Source: Thermodesulfobacteriota bacterium
GTDB taxonomy: Bacteria; Desulfobacterota_D; UBA1144; Nemesobacterales; Nemesobacteraceae
NCBI GenBank assembly: GCA_965202785.1
Contig: OZ241855.1
Location: forward strand, 96,001-160,000
Reading direction: 5' to 3'
DNA length: 64,000 bases
Positions 1 to 10,111 of the stretch are shown in pieces. Every line of letters begins with the position of its first letter. Position 1 is the stretch's first letter. The notes under the pieces are model-generated. The model searched no databases and had not been told where the DNA came from. It saw only the letters and a list, made by a program, of their open reading frames with translations. Position numbers and translations under genes: made by a program.

Positions 1-1
1 C

Positions 2-241
2 CTGAGCATCCAGGAAGGGGAACGGGGTTTTGAGGACAGCACCCTGAAGGTCGGCTCCTACGTCACAAGAGATATCTTCGTCGGTTACGAGAGATCGCCC
101 TCCAAGATCTCGCTTGACCACACAGTGCAGATGCGCAACAAGCTCAACCTTGAATGGAGACTTAACAGAAGATTCTCGCTTGAGAGCCAGGTGGGTGGAG
201 AAAACCCCGGAGTCGATTTTTTCTACAATTTCAATTTTTAA
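2..241 (+). CDS. tamB: 3' end of a translocation/assembly module TamB-like protein (partial, runs off the window)
   Basis: Frame 2 is open from the window edge to TAA at 239-241: LSIQEGERGFEDSTLKVGSYVTRDIFVGYER...LNLEWRLNRRFSLESQVGGENPGVDFFYNFNF. This resembles the amphipathic beta-strand C-terminus of TamB/DUF490. Confidence 0.7.
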   Translation: MSIQEGERGFEDSTLKVGSYVTRDIFVGYERSPSKISLDHTVQMRNKLNLEWRLNRRFSLESQVGGENPGVDFFYNFNF

Positions 242-292
242 AAGACCAAACTTCGGGCATATTCTTGCCAGGAACGATAACGGAGAAACGCA

Positions 293-1639
293 ATGAACGG
301 TCAAAAGCCGATAGTGGCCATAGTCGGAAGACCAAATGTCGGCAAGTCCACCCTTTTTAACAGAATAATAGGGTGGAACAAGACGATAGTGGAGGACATC
401 CCCGGCGTCACGAGAGACAGGGTCTATGAAGACACCCGGTGGAAGGAAAAGGAGTTCACCCTGGTTGACACCGGAGGGCTTTCCCTCGGCGAAGACGACC
501 AGGACTACTCCCTCATAAAAGAGCAGATAGACACTGCTATCTCGGAAGCGGATCTCGTGGTGATGCTCTTTGACGGCAGGGACGGGGTCATGCCCCAGGA
601 TTCCGAGATAGTGCGGTATCTTCGAAAGACCGAAAAAAAAGTCATCTACGCCGTAAACAAAATAGACCATGGGAACATAAAGCAGGTGCTGAAAACATAC
701 GAATTCTACGGTACGGGCACGGATGATCTCATGGCGATTTCCGCACTTCACAACAAAAACATCTACGAGCTAGTTGAGCAGATCGCTTCCTGCATAGAAA
801 CCTCCGGGCAACCGGAAGAAGAATCGGAAGAATCCGAAGAGACGAGAATCGCCGTTATCGGCAAACCCAACGTTGGGAAATCCACGCTGGTGAACAGGAT
901 ACTCGGAGAACAGAGACTCATAACAAGTTCCACCCCCGGCACGACCCGTGATTCCATTGACTCCGTATATGAAAAAGACGGGAAGAAATACGTCTTTATC
1001 GATACCGCGGGCATAAGAAGAAAGTCGAGAATAGACGCCGCGGTTGAAAAACACAGCGTTTTCCGGGCAATAAGGTCCATCGAAAGAGCCCACATCGTGC
1101 TGCTGATGATAGACGGTCAGGAAGGCCCGACCCACCACGACTCGCGCCTCGCGGAGCTGATTAAAGGCAGAAACAGGGCCCTTATAATACTGCTTAACAA
1201 ATGGGACCTCGCCCCCGAGGATATAGCGGACCCCAAAGAGGTTGAAGAGGTAACGAAGGAAAAACTGATCGGGGTTGACTACGCCCCCGTGCTGACCATC
1301 TCAGCTCTTACCGGCAAGAAAGTCGGAAGAATTTTCGACATCGTCGAGCGGGTGGAGAACAATTTCAGAAGAAAGATATCCACTGGAAAGCTCAACAGGT
1401 TCCTTGAGGACCTTACAAAACGCCATCCTCCCCCGGTCTACAGAAGAAAGGAAATCAAGCTTTTCTACATCTCGCAGCCTTTTACCGCGCCGCCGACATT
1501 CACGATCTTCACGAATTCGGCAAAGGGCATCCCGGAGAACTACAGAAGGTTTCTTGAGAACAAGTTAAGGGAGTACGCGGACTTCGAGGGATCTCCCCTC
1601 AGGCTTCTGTTCCGGGACAGGGAAGGAAAGGAAGTCTAG
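293..1639 (+). CDS. der: ribosome biogenesis GTPase Der (EngA)
   Basis: Two tandem G domains (GRPNVGKS, DTGG, NKID; GKPNVGKS, DTAG, NKWD) and a C-terminal KH-like domain. Confidence 0.97.
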   Translation: MNGQKPIVAIVGRPNVGKSTLFNRIIGWNKTIVEDIPGVTRDRVYEDTRWKEKEFTLVDTGGLSLGEDDQDYSLIKEQIDTAISEADLVVMLFDGRDGVMPQDSEIVRYLRKTEKKVIYAVNKIDHGNIKQVLKTYEFYGTGTDDLMAISALHNKNIYELVEQIASCIETSGQPEEESEESEETRIAVIGKPNVGKSTLVNRILGEQRLITSSTPGTTRDSIDSVYEKDGKKYVFIDTAGIRRKSRIDAAVEKHSVFRAIRSIERAHIVLLMIDGQEGPTHHDSRLAELIKGRNRALIILLNKWDLAPEDIADPKEVEEVTKEKLIGVDYAPVLTISALTGKKVGRIFDIVERVENNFRRKISTGKLNRFLEDLTKRHPPPVYRRKEIKLFYISQPFTAPPTFTIFTNSAKGIPENYRRFLENKLREYADFEGSPLRLLFRDREGKEV

Positions 1640-1640
1640 A

Positions 1641-2849
1641 TCACCGGACCTCAAGTATTATCTTCTGTATGTCCGAGGTCCTCTCAGACGCGGAGCACAT
1701 TTCCATCACCCTGCGCCTCGCGTTTCGGCCCATTTCACCCCGGGCCTCAGCGTCCCGCGCAAGAATCGAGACGCTCTCTCCTATCTTCTCAAAATCCCCC
1801 GAGGTGCAGAGAAAACCGGTCTTTCCGTCTTCAACGGCCTCCGCTATTCCACCTATTGAAAACCCCACGACGGGAAGGCTGAACGCCATCGCCTCTATCA
1901 CGGACCTCGGGAAAGGGTCCGGATAATTGGACGGAATAACGAAGAGGTCAAAGTCCTTAAGATAAGGCCTTACGTCCTTTCTGTATCCTGTGAAGATAAA
2001 GCTGTCCCGCACCCCCAGGCTCTCCGCGTGATCCTCAAGCTCCCGCAGGTGGTTTCTCGGGAAAAACCACGGAGTATCTCCGACTATAACGAACTTTGTT
2101 TTCTCCTTGATATTGCCGTCTGAGACAAGTCGACTTACAGTGTCGATGAACTCCACGTAGCCTTTTCTCGGAACCACCCTTCCGGTGTTTCCGACAAGCA
2201 CCGTATCCGGTGGGATGGAGAACTCCTCTCTCAGGGAACCCCGAACGGAATCCTTGTCGAAATCCGCAGGGTCAATGCCGTTATAGACGACGTGAACCTT
2301 GCTCTTCGCTCTCTCAAACGGCTTGGCCGTGGCACGGGAAACGCATATTATCTTCTTCACGCACTGAAACCCCGAGAGCGTTTCCATCAAAGATTTCATA
2401 AACCGCGTCTGCTGTATGTTCCTTACGTGCCAGATAACGGGTTTCTTGTTTCTCTTTCCGATCAGAGTGCCCACGATCTTTGCGAGGGTTCCGTTGCAGT
2501 AGACAATGTCGATCGCGTTCTCCCTGATTATTTTAGGGGAACCCAAGAGCAGACGGAGCATATTCACTATGTTTGCGATTATTGAGAAAACTCTCATAAG
2601 ACCCGGGGCCCATGTGGTGTCCGTCACTATTGTTGATTTCTGTATGTTCTCGGGAAACCTGGGGTCGACTATGACGTTTTCAAAGATGCCCTCGGATTTC
2701 AGGCTCTCAGAGAATATGTCGTGCTTCGGCACGAGCACAAACGGGTTTATCTTATCCCGGTCAATGTACTTCAGTATGTAGAGAAGGCTTCTCCCCGGTC
2801 CTCCGTCCCTTACCGAGTGATTGATGAAAAGTACATTCGTTTTTTTCAT
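1641..2849 (-). CDS. glycosyltransferase family 4 (GT-B)
   Basis: Motifs VVYNGID, GRVVPRKG and PDPFPRSVIEAMAFSLPVV, typical of the Glycos_transf_1 domain. Confidence 0.9.
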   Translation of the reverse strand: MKKTNVLFINHSVRDGGPGRSLLYILKYIDRDKINPFVLVPKHDIFSESLKSEGIFENVIVDPRFPENIQKSTIVTDTTWAPGLMRVFSIIANIVNMLRLLLGSPKIIRENAIDIVYCNGTLAKIVGTLIGKRNKKPVIWHVRNIQQTRFMKSLMETLSGFQCVKKIICVSRATAKPFERAKSKVHVVYNGIDPADFDKDSVRGSLREEFSIPPDTVLVGNTGRVVPRKGYVEFIDTVSRLVSDGNIKEKTKFVIVGDTPWFFPRNHLRELEDHAESLGVRDSFIFTGYRKDVRPYLKDFDLFVIPSNYPDPFPRSVIEAMAFSLPVVGFSIGGIAEAVEDGKTGFLCTSGDFEKIGESVSILARDAEARGEMGRNARRRVMEMCSASERTSDIQKIILEVR

Positions 2850-2963
2850 ATTGGCTGATATTGCGGTAAAATCCCCGGAGTGTCAGAGTGGAAAAGAAAA
2901 ATAAACTAATACGAATTTCATGTTATCTTTTATGTCAGGCAAATTAAAAATCAAGGAATCTTA

Positions 2964-3641
2964 ATGCACACAAAAACCTGCGCAAGCGCCGTGAAAATTT
3001 ACCTGTTTTTCCTTTTTATTTCCTTATTCGCAGTTTCGGGGTGTGGTCTGGATGTCGAGTTCGGCGGAAACGAAAATGAGGACGTGGAAAAAAACGAGGT
3101 GATCACTGGGTTTATCGAGGAAGTAATTCCGGATATAGGAGATTCCAGCCTCGTTGTTAGGGCAAGCGTAGTAAGAGATGAGACAGTATTTTGCTGTGAA
3201 GATACGACATCTGTAAGAGATGATTTCCACATAGAAAACAACCTCGATCCAAAAGTAGAACTTGAATTTCTTGAGAACGGAAACTCCTCGCTTGGCACAA
3301 TAAGAATTCCCGTTTTCCCGGGAGCTACGATCGATATTGCGGATATTATAATTGAGGATAGAGTCCCAAGGTATGATTACATCAATATAAGCTTCGAGGG
3401 GCAGGTAGATTCGAAAAACTGTGTCGACGACACCACGCCAAGCGGAACCATGAGGGTGAAAATATTATCTGAAGGCAACGAAACGGAAGTAACGGTCAAT
3501 CTGACATCAAGAACCGATATTGAAAGAGGGGACGAAGAAGATCTCCCGTGCGAAGAAATAGTCGAGGGACGCAAAATCAAGGTAGACGGGAAACTGGGCA
3601 TAGGCGAGACCGTAGAAGCAGATTTAGTTGAAATACTCTGA
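2964..3641 (+). CDS. hypothetical acidic lipoprotein
   Basis: 225 aa ORF with a hydrophobic signal and lipobox (AVSG-C). No family recognised. Confidence 0.7.
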   Translation: MHTKTCASAVKIYLFFLFISLFAVSGCGLDVEFGGNENEDVEKNEVITGFIEEVIPDIGDSSLVVRASVVRDETVFCCEDTTSVRDDFHIENNLDPKVELEFLENGNSSLGTIRIPVFPGATIDIADIIIEDRVPRYDYINISFEGQVDSKNCVDDTTPSGTMRVKILSEGNETEVTVNLTSRTDIERGDEEDLPCEEIVEGRKIKVDGKLGIGETVEADLVEIL

Positions 3642-3656
3642 GCCGCTCTCCGTAAA

Positions 3657-4757
3657 CTACCTCCCCTCCACAGTCATACGCGCTCTTTCCCTGCCTTTAT
3701 CCGTAAGAAAAAGCCCTCCGCCCGCAACAGCTATTTCTCCTTTCTGCTTTAGAAATTCGACCACTTTTGAGGCGAAGTCAGCCGACCGAAACATGCCTCG
3801 GCTGTCGGGGTGGTTCTTTACCGCATTTCCTCTTTCCTGGTTGTAAAGACTCACGAGGAGCGAAGCCTCGGCAAAATCCATCCTCTGTCTCCTTTTTTCT
3901 CTCATTATGCCGAAGAGCCCCCTTTGAGGAGCAAGGAGAAAAACCACGAGAAAAAACAGCCCGCACACGAAAGCCATTGAACCGGCTATGTTAACGTCAA
4001 GCCAGTTGGCAACCCAGAATCCCGAAACGGCCGCCGAGATCCCAAAGACCACGCTCAGGAGAATCATCCTGAAAAGCGAATCCGTAAGAAGATAGGCGCA
4101 GCACGGCGGAATCACTATAAGCGCTATAACAAGTATCGAGCCCACGGCGTCAAACGCCCCGACGCATGTAAGCGACACGACAGCCATAAGCAGATAGTGG
4201 ATGAGCCGGGGACGGAATCCTATTGACGACGCAAAACTCTCGTCAAAGGTTGACACCTTGAGCTCCTTGTAGAAAAAGCAAATGAAAAGCAGATTCAGAA
4301 GAAGAATCGAACCCATTACGTAAGCCGATTTGGGTCCCAGGTCCACACCCGAGAGAATCAGGCGGTGAAAAGGGGCAAACGCTATCTCCCCGAGAAGCAC
4401 CGAGTGGGTGTCAATATGCACGTTTCGCGCGTACTTGGAAAGCAGTATGACCGCCACGCTGAAAAGAAACGGGAAGACTATCCCTATCGAGGCGTCCTTT
4501 TTTACCAGCCTTGCCCGGTTAACCGCCTCTATGAGGGAAATCGCAAGCACCCCGCTTACGGCAGCTCCTATTATGAGAATCGGCGACGAAAGGTCCCCTA
4601 CGAGAAAAAAAGCGAGGATTATGCCGAGCAGAATGGAATGGCTGATCGCGTCAGTCATCATGGACATTCTCCTCAGGACAAGAAACGCCCCCGGCATGGC
4701 GCATGAAGCCGCAACTATGATGGCTACCAGCTGTATATCAAACTGATGCGCGCTCAT
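3657..4757 (-). CDS. Mn/Zn/Fe ABC transporter permease (TroD/MntD-like)
   Basis: ABC-3 permease motifs (GAFLVLRRMSMMTDAISH, TFDESFA) and a C-terminal winged-helix-like tail. Confidence 0.9.
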   Translation of the reverse strand: MSAHQFDIQLVAIIVAASCAMPGAFLVLRRMSMMTDAISHSILLGIILAFFLVGDLSSPILIIGAAVSGVLAISLIEAVNRARLVKKDASIGIVFPFLFSVAVILLSKYARNVHIDTHSVLLGEIAFAPFHRLILSGVDLGPKSAYVMGSILLLNLLFICFFYKELKVSTFDESFASSIGFRPRLIHYLLMAVVSLTCVGAFDAVGSILVIALIVIPPCCAYLLTDSLFRMILLSVVFGISAAVSGFWVANWLDVNIAGSMAFVCGLFFLVVFLLAPQRGLFGIMREKRRQRMDFAEASLLVSLYNQERGNAVKNHPDSRGMFRSADFASKVVEFLKQKGEIAVAGGGLFLTDKGRERARMTVEGR

Positions 4758-5881
4758 CCGTTACTCCCCACCGGCGAAAGCCTTCTGATCTCGCGAATGC
4801 CGCTTGGGGTAAGCCGCCAGTTCTCTTCCCCCGCTCTCTCCACGTATCCCGCCGCCTGCAGCTGCAAAAGACTTTTTCTCACGTTAAACCCCTTCTCGCT
4901 TCCAAGCGCAAGCAGCTTCTCGGAATGCGCGTAGCCGGGGTCGTTATGCTCAAGGGCCAGATCGTGCAGGGCTTTTAAGACGTAATCCCTTTTTATCTCC
5001 CTTCTGCTCCTGGCGTCCTTGAACCTCAGGGTGAAAAATCCGTTCGGCGAGAAGAGAACCGAAAAAAAAGCGATAACGCTCACGCAGACTATAACCGCGG
5101 GTCCCGTCGGCACGTTCTCAAGCCCGGCACTCAGCGCAACACCGGTTACGCCGGAGACAGCCGCTACCGAGGCCGAAAGAATCACCATCGAGCCCATACT
5201 GCCGGTCCACTGTCTGGCCGCAACCGCGGGGGCAATGAGCATTGAACTCATAAGCACGACCCCTACTGTCTGCAGCCCGATCACTATCGCCGAAACTATG
5301 ACGGCCGTGACGAGCAGGTCCAGAGACTTCATGGAAAAACCCATAGTGCCTCCGAAATCCGGATCGAAGCAAAGAAGCTTGAACTCTTTCCAGAAAAGTC
5401 CCACGACCAAAAGGGCGAAAAGCCCCGTAAGACCTATAACAAGGACGTCTTTTTCGACAAGCGCCTCCGCCTGACCGAAAAGGAACTTGTCAAGCCCCGC
5501 CTGGTTGGCATCCGGCATTTTCTGCGCGTAGGTAAGAAGAACAAGCCCAAGCCCGAAAAAGACAGAAAGCGCCATCCCCATTGCGCTGTCGGTCTTTATC
5601 CTTGAGTTGCTCGTAATCAGGTTGATCACAAAAACCGCCAGGACGGCTGAGAGCGCAGCCCCGATAAAGATCGGCAGCTGTTCCTTGACTCCCATTATTA
5701 TGAAGGCAAGCACTATTCCGGGAAGGGCCGCGTGCGACATGACATCGCCCACGAGACTTTGCTTTCTAAGCACCGCGTAAGAGCCGACCACGCCGCTTAC
5801 AATCCCAAGAGAAGCCGCTCCCAGGAGAATGGTCCTGGCCGTGTAGTCAGAGAAAAGCTCAACCGCGAATTCAAGCATCAC
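4754..5881 (-). CDS. Mn/Zn/Fe ABC transporter permease (TroC/MntC-like)
   Basis: Motifs VLRKQSLVGDVMSHAALPG, FLFGQA and FDPDF, plus a C-terminal winged-helix-like tail (WRLTPSG). Confidence 0.9.
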   Translation of the reverse strand: MMLEFAVELFSDYTARTILLGAASLGIVSGVVGSYAVLRKQSLVGDVMSHAALPGIVLAFIIMGVKEQLPIFIGAALSAVLAVFVINLITSNSRIKTDSAMGMALSVFFGLGLVLLTYAQKMPDANQAGLDKFLFGQAEALVEKDVLVIGLTGLFALLVVGLFWKEFKLLCFDPDFGGTMGFSMKSLDLLVTAVIVSAIVIGLQTVGVVLMSSMLIAPAVAARQWTGSMGSMVILSASVAAVSGVTGVALSAGLENVPTGPAVIVCVSVIAFFSVLFSPNGFFTLRFKDARSRREIKRDYVLKALHDLALEHNDPGYAHSEKLLALGSEKGFNVRKSLLQLQAAGYVERAGEENWRLTPSGIREIRRLSPVGSNG

Positions 5882-6654
5882 ACCGCCCTTTTGGCCGATT
5901 TCCTTTCGGGGAAAAAGGAGGTCTTGCCTCCGTAAGCCTTCATGAGGTTCTCGGAATTAAAGACCTCACCCACCCTCCCCGAGGCCACAAGTCCCACATT
6001 CAGAATGGCAATCCGCTCGTAGTACTCGGAAACGGTGTTAAGATCGTGATGAACCGCGAGCACAGTCTTTCCCCCGGCAGTGAGTTCTTTCAGTATCCTG
6101 ACTATCGCTTTTTCAGTAGTAGCGTCAACGCCCTGGAAGGGTTCATCCAGGAGGTAAACCGACGCGCTCTGGACAAGGGCTCTCGCGAGAAAGACTCTCT
6201 GCTGCTGTCCTCCGGAGAGCTGGCTTATCTGCCTCTGGGCAAACTCAAGCATATCGACTTTTTCAAGAGCGCTGAGCGCCTTTTCATGCTCCCTTTTTCC
6301 GGGACGCCTTATCCAGCCCAGGTCTCCGTAACTCCCCATCTTCACCGTATCCACTACGGAGGTGGGAAAATCCCAGTCCACAGAACCTCTCTGGGGAACG
6401 TAACTCACTTCCTTTCTTTGTCTTTCGTAAGGTTTACCGTGGATCGAGACGACCCCCGCAACGCGCGGAACAAGTCCCTGGATGGATTTTATCAGCGTTG
6501 TCTTGCCGGCGCCGTTTGGTCCCACGACGGCGACCATCGACCCGGTTGGAATCTCAAGATCTATATCCCAGAGAACGGTCTTGTCGCCGTAAGCGACGGT
6601 AAGGTCCGTCACACGGACAGCCGGAACGGCCGGATTCTGCTCTCCGCTGCTCAT
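5878..6654 (-). CDS. metal ABC transporter ATP-binding protein (TroB/MntB-like)
   Basis: Walker A GPNGAGKT, YVPQR, signature LSGGQQQR and Walker B LLDEP. Confidence 0.95.
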   Translation of the reverse strand: MSSGEQNPAVPAVRVTDLTVAYGDKTVLWDIDLEIPTGSMVAVVGPNGAGKTTLIKSIQGLVPRVAGVVSIHGKPYERQRKEVSYVPQRGSVDWDFPTSVVDTVKMGSYGDLGWIRRPGKREHEKALSALEKVDMLEFAQRQISQLSGGQQQRVFLARALVQSASVYLLDEPFQGVDATTEKAIVRILKELTAGGKTVLAVHHDLNTVSEYYERIAILNVGLVASGRVGEVFNSENLMKAYGGKTSFFPERKSAKRAV

Positions 6655-7637
6655 TACCCATCTCCGACGGCTTCGGCTTTGGAATCAGCAACCTCGATGC
6701 TGCGGCTGAGAGACTCAACGATAGTATCCACATTGCTTCTGAACATCCCTATGTAGCTGCCCTCTTCTGTTCCCGGGCTGCCCATTGAGTCCGAGTAAAG
6801 ACTGCCGCCTATCCGGACATCAAAACCCCTTGCCTTCACCGAGGCCCGGAGGGCACGCATGTATCTGGGAGAAATGGAGGTTTCGACGAAAACTGCCGGA
6901 ATTTTTCGCTCGGTGATCACCCTTGAGAGATTCTGTATATCCGCAACGCTCGCTTCGGAATCGGTACTTATTCCCTGAAGCCCCATCACCTCAAACCCGT
7001 AACCTCTTCCGAAGTAATTAAATGCGTCGTGGGCCGTTATAAGCACCCTTCTTTCGTGGCGCAACGAGTCTATCTTCTTCTGTATGTAAGACTGCAAAAG
7101 GTTCAGTTCCTTGAGATAGGATTCGGCGTTCTGCCTGTAGGTACCGGCGTTTTGCGGGTCGTAGAGCGAGAAGGCCTCCATGACAATCTTGGCCGCTTTT
7201 TTCCACAGAGTGACGTCAAACCAGATATGCGGGTCGTAGTACCCTTCATATTCCTCGGGAGAAAGAAGCAGGGACTTGTCGATTCCCTCCGCGACGCCCA
7301 CGGTGAATACCCCGCTTTTTTTCATCTGCGCAAGAACATCCGTAATCTTTCCCTCAAGGCGAAGTCCGTTATAAAAAATCATGTCGGCTCCGGCAAGCTT
7401 TTCCACGTCTCCGGCACTTGCCTTGTAAAGATGCGGGTCAACCCCGGTTCCCATGAGGGAGATGACCTCCGCTTTCTCTCCGGCGACGTTCTTGACGAGA
7501 TCCCCGATCAAGGCGGTGGTCGTAACCACTTTTATCGTGCCTTCCCTTTTTACGCTTCCGCTGCTTTCGGCGCAGGACGCGCAGAGCACCAGCAGCGCAG
7601 AAAGCAGAAAGAACCTTATGCCCGTTATCATTTTCAT
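6654..7637 (-). CDS. metal ABC transporter substrate-binding lipoprotein (TroA/MntA-like)
   Basis: Lipobox plus metal ligand motifs DPHLY, DPHIW, HDAF and YSDS. Confidence 0.93.
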   Translation of the reverse strand: MKMITGIRFFLLSALLVLCASCAESSGSVKREGTIKVVTTTALIGDLVKNVAGEKAEVISLMGTGVDPHLYKASAGDVEKLAGADMIFYNGLRLEGKITDVLAQMKKSGVFTVGVAEGIDKSLLLSPEEYEGYYDPHIWFDVTLWKKAAKIVMEAFSLYDPQNAGTYRQNAESYLKELNLLQSYIQKKIDSLRHERRVLITAHDAFNYFGRGYGFEVMGLQGISTDSEASVADIQNLSRVITERKIPAVFVETSISPRYMRALRASVKARGFDVRIGGSLYSDSMGSPGTEEGSYIGMFRSNVDTIVESLSRSIEVADSKAEAVGDG

Positions 7638-7648
7638 TTCTTCCTCTC

Positions 7649-8308
7649 TCAGTTGTTCGCTTTCTCAACCAGTATGTACTTGGCGGCGTTTCTCCCTATG
7701 GGATGTTCCTTACCGGTCAGCTCGACGATTATGGGACCCTTAAAAGGCTGCTTCGAGATAACCGTCATCTCGGTCTCGGGGTAAAGGCCTATCCCGCCCA
7801 GGTAACGAAGCAGTTCCGGGTCATGATCGCTCACTTCAACCACTCTCACCAAGGTGTCGGGCTCCACATCCACAAGGGCGTCGCACTCCCTCACAATCAT
7901 GGTGCCGTCTCGGCGCGGAATCGGCGAACCGTGCGGGTCGGTGACCGGATAACCCAGGAACTTGTCAATCCTGTCTTCAAGATCCTCTGAGAGCACGTGT
8001 TCCCATTTCTCGGCTTCCTGATGCACCTGGTCCCAGGGAACACCGAGCGCCTCCTTGAGGTAAAGCTCGATAAGCCGGTGATGTCTGATTATCTCAAGAG
8101 CTATCTTCCTGCCAGCGGGAGTAAGCTTCACCCCCTGGTAGCGCTTGTGGGTTATGAGCTTTTTCTCCGAGAGCTTCTTCATCATGCTCGTCACCGAAGC
8201 CGGAGACACGCCCAGTTTTTCCGAAAGCGCGCTGGTCGAAACCTTTCCTTCGGAAGTCTCAACCTCGTAAATGGTCTTCAGGTAATCCTCTATTGATTGT
8301 GAAAGCAT
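7649..8308 (-). CDS. mntR: DtxR/MntR/TroR family metal-dependent repressor with C-terminal FeoA domain
   Basis: MLSQSIEDYLKTIY, RHHRLIELYL, EAEKWEH and DPHGSPIP. Start moved to the ATG at 8308. Confidence 0.92.
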   Translation of the reverse strand: MLSQSIEDYLKTIYEVETSEGKVSTSALSEKLGVSPASVTSMMKKLSEKKLITHKRYQGVKLTPAGRKIALEIIRHHRLIELYLKEALGVPWDQVHQEAEKWEHVLSEDLEDRIDKFLGYPVTDPHGSPIPRRDGTMIVRECDALVDVEPDTLVRVVEVSDHDPELLRYLGGIGLYPETEMTVISKQPFKGPIIVELTGKEHPIGRNAAKYILVEKANN

Positions 8309-8363
8309 CTTTTCTCTCTTTATCTCAGCGAAAACCGCTTGAGATTCAGACAGGCAAAAAAAT

Positions 8364-8383
8364 ATTTTAGCCTTGTCTAAATT
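8364..8383. promoter_or_regulatory. putative DtxR/MntR-family operator
   Basis: Palindrome TTTAG-CCTTGT-CTAAA about 60 bp upstream of the mntR-troABCD operon. Confidence 0.7.
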
Positions 8384-8468
8384 TGTTTTTAATTCTAGCA
8401 AAAACAAACCCGCTGTCAAGAATAAATCGGGGTTTCTAAAGAGATATTTATGGCTTAGAATAAGCCCT

Positions 8469-9284
8469 ATGCGGAAGCAGTGTCATAAAAGAATAAATCC
8501 CCTTGCGGCCGTGGCAGGTCTTGTCTGCCTCTTTCTCCTTGTTTTTTCCTCATGTTTTACGACGGAAAACAAGGGGTATTATCCCGGCGGGACCACCTTC
8601 AATGTGCTCTACTCTTTCCCCCATGATCTGACCGCCTTCACTCAGGGATTTGTCTACAGAGACGGTTTCCTTTATGAAAGTACCGGGCTTCACGGGAACT
8701 CATCTCTTAGAAAAATCAACCCGGTCACAGGACAGGTGCTTGCCAAGGTAGACCTTCCCGCGAGGTTTTTCGGCGAAGGTCTTACCATGATAGGCGACAG
8801 CATATACCAGCTCACCTGGAGGTCCAGGCAGGGTTTCATATACGACAAGGAGAGCCTGCGGCAGAAAGGGTCGTTTACCTATTTCACCGAAGGCTGGGGA
8901 CTTACCGACGACGGAACTCAACTCATAATGAGCGACGGAACCGAAAAACTGTATTTTCTTTCCCCCACGAACTTCGGGACAACGAAAGTCTTAAGCGTAA
9001 AGGAGAATGGGTCGGCAGTTGCCATGCTTAACGAGCTTGAATACGTGGAGGGGAAAATCTACTGCAACATACTGCACTCGGACGACATAGTGGTGGTAGA
9101 TTCCCACAGCGGCATGGTGGAGAGACGGATAAACCTGGGGGAACTCAGAGAAAGGCTGAGTTCTCCGGACAGAGCGGGAGTACTGAACGGAATCGCCTGG
9201 AAATCCTCCTCCCGCACTTTCCTTATCACCGGAAAGAACTGGTCCGAGGTTTTCGAGATAAAGTTCGGTTCCGCTTTCCCTTGA
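8469..9284 (+). CDS. glutaminyl-peptide cyclotransferase (type II glutaminyl cyclase), probably a lipoprotein
   Basis: FTQG, YESTG, FFGEGL, QLTW, EGWGL, MSDG, LNELE and LNGIA motifs. Start probably the ATG at 8469. Confidence 0.92.
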   Translation: MRKQCHKRINPLAAVAGLVCLFLLVFSSCFTTENKGYYPGGTTFNVLYSFPHDLTAFTQGFVYRDGFLYESTGLHGNSSLRKINPVTGQVLAKVDLPARFFGEGLTMIGDSIYQLTWRSRQGFIYDKESLRQKGSFTYFTEGWGLTDDGTQLIMSDGTEKLYFLSPTNFGTTKVLSVKENGSAVAMLNELEYVEGKIYCNILHSDDIVVVDSHSGMVERRINLGELRERLSSPDRAGVLNGIAWKSSSRTFLITGKNWSEVFEIKFGSAFP

Positions 9285-9323
9285 AGCGGGAACCTAAGCG
9301 GGTAGACTCATTTTCCCTTCTGT

Positions 9324-9397
9324 GTCCCCGTAGCTCAGTTGGATAGAGCGCAGGATTCCTAATCCTGAGGCCGCAGGTTCGAATCCTGCCGGGGACG
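9324..9397 (+). tRNA. tRNA-Arg (anticodon CCT)
   Basis: Acceptor stem GTCCCCG/CGGGGAC, D-arm TAGCTCAGTTGGATAGAGC, anticodon arm CAGGA-TTCCTAA-TCCTG and T-loop GGTTCGAATCC. No CCA encoded directly after the discriminator. Confidence 0.95.
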
Positions 9398-9412
9398 CGC
9401 CAGCAAGAAACC

Positions 9413-10105
9413 CTACGAAAAAAGCTGCCTGAATATCATCCAGATGATCTTCACCCCGGCCATAAAACTTCCCGTGATTGTTCCGGTTACCTTTGAAGTT
9501 CCTATTCTCTTTCTGTAACTCACCGGGACCTCGGCGCAGCGAAGTCCTTTCTTCGCAGCCTTCACCTGCATCTCAACCGTCCATCCGAAAGTCCTGTCTC
9601 TCATGCCGAGAGAAAGGAGCTTGTCGTATCTTATAGCCCTGAAGGGACCAAGGTCGGTAAAGCTCACCCCGTAAAACAGCTTTATGAGTCTGGTCGCCAC
9701 GTAGTTGCCCACAAGGGCTTGGGGCAAAAGCGCTCCTTTCTGTCTTTCGCCGATGGTTCTTGATCCTATGACGAGATCGTATCCGCTATCTGTTATCGGG
9801 GAGAGAAGGGTTTTCATTTCCCGTGGATAGTCAGAATAGTCTCCATCCAGAAATACTATGATATCAGGCAGATACGAAGAACTCTTAATGTAACTTATCC
9901 CCGCAAGGCAAGCCTGTCCGTATCCCTTTTTCCCTTCGCTCACAACCGTGGCTCCACAGCCCGAAGCAACACGTGCCGTGGAGTCCGTCGAACCGTTGTC
10001 GACAACCACTATCTCCGTTACGAGGTCCCGGGGAATATCCCCGATCACCTGTCCTATGGAGCGCTCTTCGTTCAGTGCCGGGATGATTACGACCGTTTTT
10101 TTCAT
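9413..10105 (-). CDS. glycosyltransferase family 2
   Basis: IIPALNEE, VVVDNGSTD, FLDGD and TDLGPFRAIR motifs. Confidence 0.92.
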   Translation of the reverse strand: MKKTVVIIPALNEERSIGQVIGDIPRDLVTEIVVVDNGSTDSTARVASGCGATVVSEGKKGYGQACLAGISYIKSSSYLPDIIVFLDGDYSDYPREMKTLLSPITDSGYDLVIGSRTIGERQKGALLPQALVGNYVATRLIKLFYGVSFTDLGPFRAIRYDKLLSLGMRDRTFGWTVEMQVKAAKKGLRCAEVPVSYRKRIGTSKVTGTITGSFMAGVKIIWMIFRQLFS

Positions 10106-10111
10106 GGGATT

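Noticed and set aside
9324-9412. tRNA-Arg as an island integration site
   Set aside because: No duplicate of its 3' end was seen and no integrase is nearby.
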